Source of the DNA: Caulobacteraceae bacterium
GTDB taxonomy: Bacteria; Pseudomonadota; Alphaproteobacteria; Caulobacterales; Caulobacteraceae
Assembly (NCBI GenBank): GCA_049791955.1
Contig: JBARAK010000372.1
Coordinates: forward strand, 1,729-65,728
Direction of reading: 5' to 3'
DNA length: 64,000 nt
The translations under genes and the position numbers were made by a program. Below, in pieces: positions 55,591 to 64,000 of this stretch. Numbering within the stretch: the first letter of the stretch is position 1; each line of letters begins with the position of its first letter. A model generated the notes under the pieces. That model had not been told where the DNA came from. It saw only the letters and a list, made by a program, of their open reading frames with translations, and did not search any database.

Positions 55591-55716
55591 ATGCGCCGCG
55601 CCCTTGCTTTGATCCTCACCTGCTGCTGTCTGACGGCGTGCGGCCGTCATCACCCGCATCATTGGGCCTTTTCCTCGCCGCAGCGAGGCGCGGTCCCGGC
55701 CACCCGCCTGATCTGA
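55591..55716 (+). CDS. small putative lipoprotein (41 aa), His-rich mature peptide
   Basis: Not in the ORF track because it is under 60 aa. A GGAGA sequence sits 5 nt before the ATG. The product is MRRALALILTCCCLTAC|GRHHPHHWAFSSPQRGAVPATRLI, with lipobox L-T-A-C. GC3 is about 78%, higher than the overlapping 55560 ORF frame. Confidence 0.4.
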   Translation: MRRALALILTCCCLTACGRHHPHHWAFSSPQRGAVPATRLI

Positions 55717-55758
55717 GGCCCATGATCTCGATGAGCGGCCGGGAGGGGTTTGTAACGC

Positions 55759-56787
55759 CTATCTGGCCGGGTCCAGGAAGATCAGCTTGAGCGTGCCCGG
55801 AAGTGGCTTCGCCCGGCCGCCTGGGGGGCTTGCGGGATCGGCGTCTGCCGCAACCAGATAGATCCGGCCGCTGGCGGGATCGATGCCGATGGTGCGGCCG
55901 GTGACGGCGGTCTTCACCGTGGCCGCCACCGCGTAGGTGTTGGCGTCCTTCTGCTGGATCACCGTGAGCGTGCCATCGACGCCGTTTGAGCTGAACACGC
56001 GCTGGCGCACGGGATCGTAGGCCGCCGCGTCCGTGCCCCGGCCGATCGGCAGGCTCGCCACGACGGCCCCATGGTCGATGTCGACCACCATCAGGCGGCC
56101 GTTCACGCAGCTGGAGAACAGGCGGCGGTGCTTCGGATCGATCGCCAGGCCGTGCGGGCTATCGCAATCGGGGACCGGCCAGCGGGCGTCGACCTGGTTG
56201 GTGCGGGTGTCGATCCGCACGATCTCGCGGGCGCCCGCGCCATTCACATAGAGCTTACCCGCGCCGTCCGCCGCGGCGTACTCCAGCTTGCCGCCGACCT
56301 TGATGGTGGCCGCAACGGCGTTGGCGCGCGGGTCGACCACGGTGACGGTGGCGGAATCGCCATTGACCACGAAGACATGCCCGGTGAGGGGATCGAGCGT
56401 CATGCCGTCCGCATCAGGCTCGCCGACGATGGCCTTTTCCAGCTTCAGCGTCTTGAGGTCGAACGCCACCACCTTGCCGGCCTGGCCGTCGTCGGTATAG
56501 CCGCGCCCGGTCGGGGCCGAGATGGCCACGCCGTGCGTGCCGCCCGGAATACCGGTCACCTCGCCCAGGCGAGCGCCGTTGCGCCCATCCACCACGCTGA
56601 GCCGGTCGCCGTGGGCCACGAACACCCGGTGCGAGGACGGGTCGAACACCACGTAGTCCCAGCGGTCCGGACCGCCGAGCGGAACGACCTTGGACATCGT
56701 GTACATGGCGGGGCCCTGAGCCCAGGCGGCCGGGGCGGAGAGAGAGAGCAGGGCGGTCAGCAGCCCCGGGATTGCCGAATGCTTCAT
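55759..56787 (-). CDS. exported YncE/YVTN-type beta-propeller protein
   Basis: Signal peptide ...LSLSAPAAWA and repeated GxxPxGxAxD-type blades (HGVAIS, PHGLAIDP). Confidence 0.8.
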   Translation of the reverse strand: MKHSAIPGLLTALLSLSAPAAWAQGPAMYTMSKVVPLGGPDRWDYVVFDPSSHRVFVAHGDRLSVVDGRNGARLGEVTGIPGGTHGVAISAPTGRGYTDDGQAGKVVAFDLKTLKLEKAIVGEPDADGMTLDPLTGHVFVVNGDSATVTVVDPRANAVAATIKVGGKLEYAAADGAGKLYVNGAGAREIVRIDTRTNQVDARWPVPDCDSPHGLAIDPKHRRLFSSCVNGRLMVVDIDHGAVVASLPIGRGTDAAAYDPVRQRVFSSNGVDGTLTVIQQKDANTYAVAATVKTAVTGRTIGIDPASGRIYLVAADADPASPPGGRAKPLPGTLKLIFLDPAR

Positions 56788-56847
56788 CGACGATAGACCT
56801 CGTATCCAATTTCAGCGCATTAGGTTGGCTATAGGTGCAATGCAAAT

Positions 56848-56949
56848 CTGTCAAATGTAGATTTAAAGCTGTCTCTTATGCTTTGTTTCAAATGCTTGCG
56901 ATTTTGAAAGGTTGTCGGAGACTTCCGTAAATCTGTCGGAAACTGTTAT
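56848..56949. promoter_or_regulatory. Pho-box-like CTGTC / TGTCGGA direct repeats in an AT-rich divergent promoter
   Basis: CTGTC at 56848 and 56869 (21-bp spacing). TGTCGGA at about 56913 and 56934 (21-bp spacing). CTGTCGGAAACTGTTAT at 56933-56949, about 66 nt upstream of the phosphoesterase ATG. Confidence 0.3.
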
Positions 56950-57014
56950 TGATGGTGTTATTTCAGCCTTAGACTTTGTGCATCGCGAAAACCAACCGAA
57001 TGCGGGAGCGCTAT

Positions 57015-58121
57015 ATGTTGCGATCAGGAAAATTCGGGACCGCCATGGCGGTCCTGGCCATGGCGGTCTGCGGCGCCGGCGCCGCCCGTGAACCGGCGGA
57101 CCGGTTCGAAGGGGTCCCCCGCTATGAGCACGTCTTCGTCATCGTCGAGGAGAACAAGGACTACGACCAGATCCTCGATCCCGCCGCCGCCCCCAACATC
57201 GCGGGCCTGGCCGCCCACTATGGCGACGCCACCCGCTTCTTCGGAGAGGTCCATCCCAGCGAGGCCAACTACGTGGCGCTGTTGGGCGGCGACACCTTCG
57301 GCATCCATGACGACGACGCCTTCTACTGCAAGGCCGGATCGACCAGGCCGTTCTGCGACGGCGCGGCGGCGGCGGGCTATGCCGACCACACGGTGAGCGC
57401 CCGTCACCTGGGCGACCAGTTGGTCGCGGCGGGCCTGAGCTGGAAGGGCTATTACGAGGCGCTTCCCCAGGCCGGCTCGCTGGCGGTGGTGGCTGGCGAT
57501 CCGCGCTATGACAACGGCACCCGCAAGACCGCGCTATATGCGTCCAAGCACTCCGGCTTCATGAATTTCGCTGACGTCCAGGCCGATCCGCGCCGGACGG
57601 AACGCATCGTTGGCGTCGACCAGTTCGAGCACGACCTGACCGCGGGAGCCTTGCCTAACTTCGCCCTGATCGTGCCGGACCAGTGTAACGAAATGCATGG
57701 CCTGCATGGCGAAGGCGTGCCCGCGGACTGTGACGGCGCCAACAAGGCTGCGCTGATCCGGCGCGGAGATGCCTATGCCGGCGATCTGGTGCGACGCATC
57801 CAGGCCTCGCCGATGTGGTCGGGGCATGGAAACGTGGCCATCGTCATCACCTTCGACGAGGGTGCGGGAAAGACCCGTGAAGGCTGTTGCGGGGTGACGC
57901 CGGACGCTGCGTCCAATTTTGGCGGCGGTCATATCCCGACCATCGTCATCACCAACCACGGACCGCGCGGGGTCAGGGACGACACGGCCTACAACCACTA
58001 TTCGCTGCTGCGTACGCTGGAGGACGCCTTCCGCCTGCCTGACCACCTCGGCCACGCCGCCGAGACGCAAAGGGGCGTGCAGCCGATGCTCAAGCTGTTC
58101 GAGACCACGCCAGGAACCTGA
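57015..58121 (+). CDS. exported phosphoesterase family protein (AcpA/phospholipase C-type, PF04185-like)
   Basis: Signal peptide MLRSGKFGTAMAVLAMAVCGAGA, then HVFVIVEENKDYDQIL and HPSEANYVALLGGDTFG. Confidence 0.8.
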   Translation: MLRSGKFGTAMAVLAMAVCGAGAAREPADRFEGVPRYEHVFVIVEENKDYDQILDPAAAPNIAGLAAHYGDATRFFGEVHPSEANYVALLGGDTFGIHDDDAFYCKAGSTRPFCDGAAAAGYADHTVSARHLGDQLVAAGLSWKGYYEALPQAGSLAVVAGDPRYDNGTRKTALYASKHSGFMNFADVQADPRRTERIVGVDQFEHDLTAGALPNFALIVPDQCNEMHGLHGEGVPADCDGANKAALIRRGDAYAGDLVRRIQASPMWSGHGNVAIVITFDEGAGKTREGCCGVTPDAASNFGGGHIPTIVITNHGPRGVRDDTAYNHYSLLRTLEDAFRLPDHLGHAAETQRGVQPMLKLFETTPGT

Positions 58122-58179
58122 GCTCGGAACCCTGACGAGAGTGTGAGCGGTCGCCTCGCGACGGCCGCTCCCATCCGGA

Positions 58180-60870
58180 TCAGAAGTGGACGCGCAGGCC
58201 GCCTTCCAGGGTCACGTCGTAATATTCCCGCTGAATCGGGCGATCCGCTTCCCCTTCGTAATAGCGCAGCGGAGTATTCAGCAGGTTCTTGGCGTTGAAG
58301 TACAGGCCGTAGTTCGAGGTGATCTGATAGGTCGAGGTGAAGTCCAGGGTCATGCGGGCGTCCTGGATGGTGTCCAGGGACTTGTCGCCACCCAGGCCGA
58401 ACAGGCTGTGACTGACGTATTCGGTCGCCACCCGCGCCTCGAAGCCGTGCGCCTCGTAGAAGGCCGAGGCGTTCCAGGTTACCCGCGACGTGCCCGGCAA
58501 CAGTCCGAATTCGTCCTTGCCGGTCAGGCTCTGGTCGGCGGTGTATTCCAGGATGCGGGAGTCGACCAGGGTGATGTTCGCCTCGATCCCGAAGCCGTTG
58601 AGCGGTTCGGGCAGGAAGACGAACTTCTGGTGATAGGCGGCCTCCAGGCCGCGCGCGTAGGCCGAGGAGATGTTCTCGAAGGTGGAGATGGTCGCCAGGT
58701 TGCCCTGGGCCAGCGGATTGCCGGCGACGCCGTTCTGGATGCGCTCGACGATGTAGTTGGTGAACTCCTTGTCGAACAGGCCGACCTGGGCGATGCCGCC
58801 CTGGGGCAGGTAGTATTCCAGGTCCAGGTCGTAGCTGTCCGCGGTGGTCGGCTTCAGGCTGGGATTGCCCTGGCTGATCGCCACCGGGTTCTGGGTCAGG
58901 TCGACGCTGGTGGCCACGGTGTTCTGGTTGAAGCCGGGCCTGGAGATACCGGTCGAGAAGGTCGCGCGGGCGAGCAGCTGCGGGGTGATGGTGTAGCGGA
59001 GCTGCACCGTGGGGAAGGCGTTGACGTAGTCCTCGTGGCGCACGTTGAGCGTGTTGGTCGTATTGCCGGAGGCGTCGGTGCTCTGGATGAACCCGCTGTA
59101 CTTGCCGTTGGTGTCCTCGACCCGCACGCCCGCGAGAATGCCCAGCTTGCCGATCTCGGCGGTGTACTGGACATAGCCGGCGTAGATGTTCTCGTCGGCC
59201 AGGAAGTAGCTGCCGGGATTGAAGGTGGCGGGGCCGGAGTTGGCGGCGACCAGGCTGCGAATGGTGTAGCGGTCGATGAACGGACCGTTGGGGAAGGAGC
59301 CGCCATAATAGAAGTTGCTGCCGCTCGATGCGTTCGCGAGGTTCAGGGCAGGGGCGGACACGTCCTCGTCGAACTCTGTGGCCACCTTGTCGCGGACACG
59401 GGCCTGGCCGCCGATCTTGAGGTGGTCGTCCCCGATCAGATGCACCGGGAACGACAGATTGACGGCGTAGGTCCGCTCTTCGTCGGCGTCGTAGTTCTGG
59501 TCGTTGCTCAGGCTTTTCAGGTTGTAGATCGCCGGATTGTTCAGGTTTATGCCCGTCGGATAGCCGAAGGTGGGCTGGGTCATGCTGGTCTGGTTGTCGT
59601 AGGTCAGCGGCGTGCCGGCGGGACCGGCGAACTGGGCCCCGATATTGTAGTTCACCCGGAACGTCGCCCGGCTGTAGGCCACGTGGTAATCGAGCACGAC
59701 GTCGCCGAACCGGTCCTTGCCGCCGACGACATAGACCTGGTTGCGGTGCGACTCCTGCTCGTCGGTCAGGGTGACGGTGGGGGTGGTGGTGACCAGGAAG
59801 CCCTTGGGATCTCCCGGCGCGACGGGGATCGAGCCGTCGTCGCCCTCCACGTCGCCAAGGTTCTTGAACAGCAGGAAGTTCTTGTCCACCGCCTCGTTGT
59901 AGCCGGCGATGTCGACGCGGGCGTAGTAGCTGTGGTTGTCGTTCGGCTTGAAGTCGAATTCACCGCCATAGCCGTAGCGGCGGCGGTGGTAGTCGTAGCG
60001 GCGCAGGTCGTACTGGCTCACGGCGTTGCTGGGGGCCTTGCCGTCGTCGATGTAGCTCTCTTCCAGGTCGTCGACCGCGCGGCGGTCCTGGCGGGTTGAG
60101 GCGCTGAGCACGAACGAGAACGGCGTGGGGTTGGACAGCCAGCCCGCCAGCGCCGGCTGGTCCTGGCCGTCGCCCTCCACGATCAGGTGGGTTCCGTTGA
60201 ACCCGAACCGCGCGCCCACCGCGCCTTCGGCGTCGAAGGGACCGGAATGGCCGTGCAACGGCTCGTAGCCTTCGCCGATCTGGCCGTCGAAGAAGGGCTT
60301 GGTGATGTTCGCGGCGGTGCGCGGCGACAGCTCGATCGAGCCGCCGATGCCTTCCGCTTCATGGTCGGGCAGGCCGGTCTTGGTGACGATGATGCCGTCG
60401 ATGGCGCCGGTCGGGATGGTGTCGAACTCGACCGCCCGGCCGCCGCCGCCCGCCGCCGTGCCGCCGGGGTTGGTGTTGAGCAGGACGATGCCGCCGTAGG
60501 TCGCCCCGTTCAGGTTGGCGTCGATGCCGCGGATGTTGACGAAGCGGCCTTCGCCCGTGTCGCTCGACAGCGAAACGCCGGGGATGCGGCCGAGCGATTC
60601 TGCGGCGTTGAAGTCGGGGTACTTCGCGATGGCGTCGGCGGACTGGACGTTGATCAGGTTGGGCGCCGCGTACTGTTGCAGACGGGCGGCGACTTCCTGG
60701 CGGGGAGCGGTCACCACGACGCTTTCGACCGTGGTTCCGGTATCTGTCGGCGCCGGAGTGGCGGGGGTGGGAGCGGAGGCTGAAGTTGCATCTTCGGCCA
60801 AGGCGCCTTGCGCCAGCGCCAGGATGCTGGCGGACGAAAGCAGCGCGCAAAGCCAGCGCGGATTGAACAT
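58180..60870 (-). CDS. TonB-dependent receptor (896 aa)
   Basis: Signal peptide, plug domain (VVVTAPRQ..., FVNIRGIDANLNGATYGG) and a barrel ending GLRVHF. Confidence 0.9.
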   Translation of the reverse strand: MFNPRWLCALLSSASILALAQGALAEDATSASAPTPATPAPTDTGTTVESVVVTAPRQEVAARLQQYAAPNLINVQSADAIAKYPDFNAAESLGRIPGVSLSSDTGEGRFVNIRGIDANLNGATYGGIVLLNTNPGGTAAGGGGRAVEFDTIPTGAIDGIIVTKTGLPDHEAEGIGGSIELSPRTAANITKPFFDGQIGEGYEPLHGHSGPFDAEGAVGARFGFNGTHLIVEGDGQDQPALAGWLSNPTPFSFVLSASTRQDRRAVDDLEESYIDDGKAPSNAVSQYDLRRYDYHRRRYGYGGEFDFKPNDNHSYYARVDIAGYNEAVDKNFLLFKNLGDVEGDDGSIPVAPGDPKGFLVTTTPTVTLTDEQESHRNQVYVVGGKDRFGDVVLDYHVAYSRATFRVNYNIGAQFAGPAGTPLTYDNQTSMTQPTFGYPTGINLNNPAIYNLKSLSNDQNYDADEERTYAVNLSFPVHLIGDDHLKIGGQARVRDKVATEFDEDVSAPALNLANASSGSNFYYGGSFPNGPFIDRYTIRSLVAANSGPATFNPGSYFLADENIYAGYVQYTAEIGKLGILAGVRVEDTNGKYSGFIQSTDASGNTTNTLNVRHEDYVNAFPTVQLRYTITPQLLARATFSTGISRPGFNQNTVATSVDLTQNPVAISQGNPSLKPTTADSYDLDLEYYLPQGGIAQVGLFDKEFTNYIVERIQNGVAGNPLAQGNLATISTFENISSAYARGLEAAYHQKFVFLPEPLNGFGIEANITLVDSRILEYTADQSLTGKDEFGLLPGTSRVTWNASAFYEAHGFEARVATEYVSHSLFGLGGDKSLDTIQDARMTLDFTSTYQITSNYGLYFNAKNLLNTPLRYYEGEADRPIQREYYDVTLEGGLRVHF

Positions 60871-61078
60871 GAAAGCCCTCGAAGATTTTTTGTGGACGCG
60901 GCTGTTGGCCGCTCATTTCAGCCGTGCCATCGAAGCGCTACAATTTGATACCAACTTGATGAATTGGCGCTCCTGAAAGCTTGCGGGCGTGCAAGGAAAT
61001 GTCAGCGTTCGGCGGGACTTTCATTTTATCGCAAGCTAGCTATGCTTATTGTGTCATCTTCTTCATCTCGGGCCGCCT

Positions 61079-61753
61079 TTGAATATCCTCCTCATAGAAG
61101 ATGACGCGCAGACGGCGCGGTTCGTGCGCGATGGGCTGGTGGTGCGCGGCCACACCGCCGAGGTGGTGGACGAGGGCCGCCAGGGACTGGTGCGCGCCTG
61201 CTCGGGAGAGTTCGACGTGGTGGTGGCCGACCGGATGCTGCCGGGCTTCGGGGGGCTGGCCATCGTCAAGGCGCTGCGCACCAGCGGGGTCGGGATACCG
61301 GTGATCTTCCTCACCGCCGTTGGCGGCGTGACCGACCGGATCGAGGGGCTGCGCAGCGGCGCGGACGACTATCTGGTCAAGCCGTTCGACATGGATGAGC
61401 TGGACGCCCGCATCGAGGCGCTGGGCCGCCGGCCTCCGATCTCCAACGCGGCCACCCTGCTGCGCAACGGCGGGCTGGAGCTGGACCGTCTGGCCCGCCG
61501 CGTGACCTTCGACGCAAGCGTAGTGGAGCTCACCACCAGCGAGTTCGCCATGCTGGAGATGCTGTTGCTGAACGCGGGGCGGGCGGTCACCAAGGCCATG
61601 CTGCTGGAAAGCGTATTCGACCTGGACTCCACCGCGCCGGGTTCCATCGTCGAGCCGCATATGAGCCGGCTGCGCACGAAGCTGACGCGATCTGGCGCTT
61701 CGGATCCGATCCGGACGCTGCGGGGGGTGGGCTATACCGTCGTTGCGGATTGA
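61079..61753 (+). CDS. OmpR/PhoB-family response regulator
   Basis: An in-frame TTG at 61079 gives (M)NILLIEDD. Receiver and winged-helix domains are present (RTLRGVGYTV). The track start at 61049 is also TTG. Confidence 0.85.
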   Translation: MNILLIEDDAQTARFVRDGLVVRGHTAEVVDEGRQGLVRACSGEFDVVVADRMLPGFGGLAIVKALRTSGVGIPVIFLTAVGGVTDRIEGLRSGADDYLVKPFDMDELDARIEALGRRPPISNAATLLRNGGLELDRLARRVTFDASVVELTTSEFAMLEMLLLNAGRAVTKAMLLESVFDLDSTAPGSIVEPHMSRLRTKLTRSGASDPIRTLRGVGYTVVAD

Positions 61754-63185
61754 GCGCCTGCTCAGGTCGGCCAGCTTCAGGCTGGCTGCGTTGCAGACGG
61801 CCCTGTTCCTGGTCGCCTTCGCCGTGGCGGGCGTGACCGCGGTCGTGGTGATCCGGCGGGCGGAGGCGCGAGCCGCCCATGCCGAGATCGAGGAAGCCGA
61901 GGACGATGTAGTCGACCTGCTGGCCCGCCACGGCGTGCCCGGCGTGGTGCGCTGGCTTGGCGGCCGCCACCGCGATCCGGGGCGGGAGATCAGGCTGGAG
62001 GACGCGTCGGGTCATCTGCTTGCCGGGACCTTGCCGCGACCGCCCCAGCCGTCGCCGCCCCCGCGCAAGCTGTGGAGCACCTTCGTGGTCCGTGACGCCT
62101 CGCCGCCTTACCGGGTGCGGGAGCGGGTGATGGCCTTCACGCGCGACGAGCCGGGCGGGTTGCGCCTGACCGTGGCCGAGAACCTGGACTTGAAGGCGCG
62201 CCAGGACGACGCTCTGCTGGTGGCGATGATCGCGGCGGCCGGGGTTGCGGCGGGGCTTGGCATGCTGGGGGGCGTCCTGGCCGGCGGCCGGGTGCTGCGC
62301 CGGGTCGACGTGATGGCCCAGGTGGTGGAGGGCTACGCCGCCGGAAACCGCGAGGCCCGCATTCCCCTGTCCCGGCGCACGACCTCCGAACTGGATGACC
62401 TGGCCGAGGCGCTCAACCGGATGATGGAGCGTGAGAACCGGCTGGTGGAGGGCCTGCGCCAGGTCTCCTCTTCCATCGCGCACGACCTGCGCCGCCCGCT
62501 GGCCCACCATAACCAGGAGATCGCCGAGGCGCTGCGGGGACCGGCCACGGTTGAAGGTTACCGCGCGGCCCTGGTCGGGGCGTCGGCCCGGGTGGACGAT
62601 GCGCTGAAGACCTTCCAGGCGCTGCTGCATATCGCCGAGCTGGAGGCTGGCGCGCCCGGCCTGCAGCTCGAGCCGGTGGACCTGGATGCGCTGGGCGCGC
62701 GGGTCGTGCAGGCCTATGCGCCGATGGCGGAGGCCGCCGGCCGGACCCTGGATTTCGTTTCCGCCGGCGAAGCGGTGCTGATCATGGGGGAGCCGAGGGT
62801 GCTGGGCCGCATGGTGGCCAATCTGGTCGAGAACGCCCTGACCCATACCGCCGAGGGCGTGCGGGTCGAGGTGAGGGTTGAGGCGGCCGGGCCGCGGCTC
62901 AGCGTTTCCGACAACGGCGCCGGCGTGCCGGAAGGCGCACGCGGGCGGCTGTTCGAACGCTTCTTCCGCTTGGACGCCAGCCGATCGACCCCGGGCAGCG
63001 GCCTGGGCCTCGCGCTCGCCGCCGCCGTGGCGAAGGCGTTTGGGGGCGAACTTTCCGCCCATGACGCCGCGCCGGGGCTTCGCATCATCGCCGACTTCTC
63101 ACAGGCCGCTCGAAAAGGGGAGGCGGCTGTCGAGCGGGCGAACCGTGGGCGACCCTTGTCAGAGCCGCCCACGCGATCGCTTTAG
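61743..63185 (+). CDS. sensor histidine kinase
   Basis: 2 TM segments, HAMP, H-box SSIAHDLRRPL, N-box LVENALTHT and G-boxes DNGAGVP / GSGLGLALA. It overlaps the response-regulator gene by 11 nt. Confidence 0.9.
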   Translation: MRIERLLRSASFRLAALQTALFLVAFAVAGVTAVVVIRRAEARAAHAEIEEAEDDVVDLLARHGVPGVVRWLGGRHRDPGREIRLEDASGHLLAGTLPRPPQPSPPPRKLWSTFVVRDASPPYRVRERVMAFTRDEPGGLRLTVAENLDLKARQDDALLVAMIAAAGVAAGLGMLGGVLAGGRVLRRVDVMAQVVEGYAAGNREARIPLSRRTTSELDDLAEALNRMMERENRLVEGLRQVSSSIAHDLRRPLAHHNQEIAEALRGPATVEGYRAALVGASARVDDALKTFQALLHIAELEAGAPGLQLEPVDLDALGARVVQAYAPMAEAAGRTLDFVSAGEAVLIMGEPRVLGRMVANLVENALTHTAEGVRVEVRVEAAGPRLSVSDNGAGVPEGARGRLFERFFRLDASRSTPGSGLGLALAAAVAKAFGGELSAHDAAPGLRIIADFSQAARKGEAAVERANRGRPLSEPPTRSL

Positions 63186-64000
63186 AACGCCGCGGAAACC
63201 GACAGTTCGAAGTTACGCGGCACGATGTTCCAGTACAGCGGCGTGCCGTCGGCTACCGTGGTGCCGGCCAGCAGGTCCTGGCCGCGCGTATCGAACAGGT
63301 TGTCGATCAGGCCCTTGATCTTGATCTCGGGCCGCGTCCCGCTGGCCGGGATGGTGTAGCCCAGCGACAGCTGGGCGGTGGTGTAGGGCCGCAGCGGGAA
63401 CTCCTGCGGGTCCTGGCCGTAGCGGGCCCCGGTGTATTTGGCCAGCAGGGCGACGTAGACGCTGTGGGCCTCGTAGCTGATGCCGCCAGCGGCGGTGGAG
63501 CGTGGCGAGTTGGCGACGGCGCCGCCGGTGTCCTTGTCCTTCGACGAGTTGAAGCTGACGTTGCCGTAGAGGTTGAACGGCCCCCAGACCCGGTAGTCGC
63601 CCTCGGCCTCGACCCCCTTGTAGGTCACCCCGCCGCCGTTGAAGAAGATCTGCTGGCCGGCCACGGTGTGGGACTGGATCTCGTTGTCGAAGTCGATGAG
63701 GTAGACGTCGGCCGACAGCGTCAGGCGATTGGTGTGGTAGCTGCCGCCGGCCTGGTAGTTGTTGGTGGTCTCAGGCTGCAGCGTGGTGCTGAGCCCCGGG
63801 TTGACGGTGAAGAAGGTGTTCAGGTTCGGGGCCAGGAAACCCTCGGCGTACTGGGCGTAGACCGACCATTGCGAGTCGACCTGGTAGTGCGCCACCACCG
63901 AGGGGACCAGCTTGTCGAAGGTGCGCGAGAAGTCCAGCGGCTGGCCGGTGCCCTGGTTCACCGGCGCTTCCAGGCTGCGGTTGAAGTAGTCGTATTTGAA
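63182..64000 (-). CDS. TonB-dependent receptor, C-terminal barrel portion (5' end beyond window)
   Basis: C-terminal beta-barrel strands ending ...FELSVSAAF. The reading frame remains open to the window edge. Confidence 0.85.
   Translation of the reverse strand, partial: FKYDYFNRSLEAPVNQGTGQPLDFSRTFDKLVPSVVAHYQVDSQWSVYAQYAEGFLAPNLNTFFTVNPGLSTTLQPETTNNYQAGGSYHTNRLTLSADVYLIDFDNEIQSHTVAGQQIFFNGGGVTYKGVEAEGDYRVWGPFNLYGNVSFNSSKDKDTGGAVANSPRSTAAGGISYEAHSVYVALLAKYTGARYGQDPQEFPLRPYTTAQLSLGYTIPASGTRPEIKIKGLIDNLFDTRGQDLLAGTTVADGTPLYWNIVPRNFELSVSAAF

Noticed and set aside
55560-55790. 76-aa track ORF between the cupin and YncE-like genes
   Set aside because: It has no RBS, lower GC3 and a Pro/Gly-rich featureless product. 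The overlapping 41-codon lipoprotein frame (55591..55716) is the better candidate.
58186-60099. 637-aa plus-strand ORF. Similar long antisense ORFs include 7922..9121, 22788..23963, 38794..40278, 46468..47682 and 61587..63062.
   Set aside because: These are Arg/Gly/Val/Asp-rich low-complexity translations with no family resemblance. They lie fully inside well-supported genes on the opposite strand, which is typical of high-GC DNA.
1-64000. Looked for CRISPR arrays, tRNA/rRNA genes, IS elements, integrases, toxin-antitoxin pairs and known defence genes
   Set aside because: I found none of the following: regularly spaced short repeats, cloverleaf-like sequences in the spacers, transposase, integrase or nuclease/ATPase defence-type ORFs, or adjacent small-gene pairs. 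The only strong repeat is the in-gene 147-bp coding repeat.

Overview
High-GC alphaproteobacterial chromosomal segment. The MucR/Ros regulator, five TonB-dependent receptors (TBDRs) and several Tat/Sec-exported enzymes suggest a Caulobacterales- or Sphingomonadales-like organism. I call about 52 tightly packed protein genes plus one small unannotated ORF. I recognised no rRNA, tRNA, CRISPR, IS, integrase or phage genes. Most other long ORFs in the track are Arg/Pro/Gly-rich antisense or off-frame shadows typical of high-GC DNA. Gene content in order: DUF1365 and hydrolase/oxidoreductase genes; a split UxaA-type dehydratase plus an Ldh_2 oxidoreductase; the riboflavin operon ribD-ribE-ribBA-ribH; glpK; an OsmC/LysR pair; a lower-GC leaderless GH26-like/Ig-like/FG-GAP repeat protein; a two-component system convergent with an RND efflux operon; a MucR/Ros paralog that appears to lack zinc ligands; AraC plus TBDR plus hydrolase; a GntR-associated uptake/catabolic island; an exported-enzyme module; a divergent flavin halogenase-like/JmjC-cupin pair; a phosphoesterase/beta-propeller/TBDR cluster; and a second two-component system flanked by TBDRs. 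I see no recognisable defence or mobile system. The most unusual items are the GH26-FG-GAP protein, the MucR variant, the exported VOC/jelly-roll/GFO module, the halogenase/cupin pair and a small His-rich lipoprotein ORF. Start codons were chosen in frame from the ORF track and many remain uncertain. Coordinates of intergenic motifs may be off by 1-2 nt.
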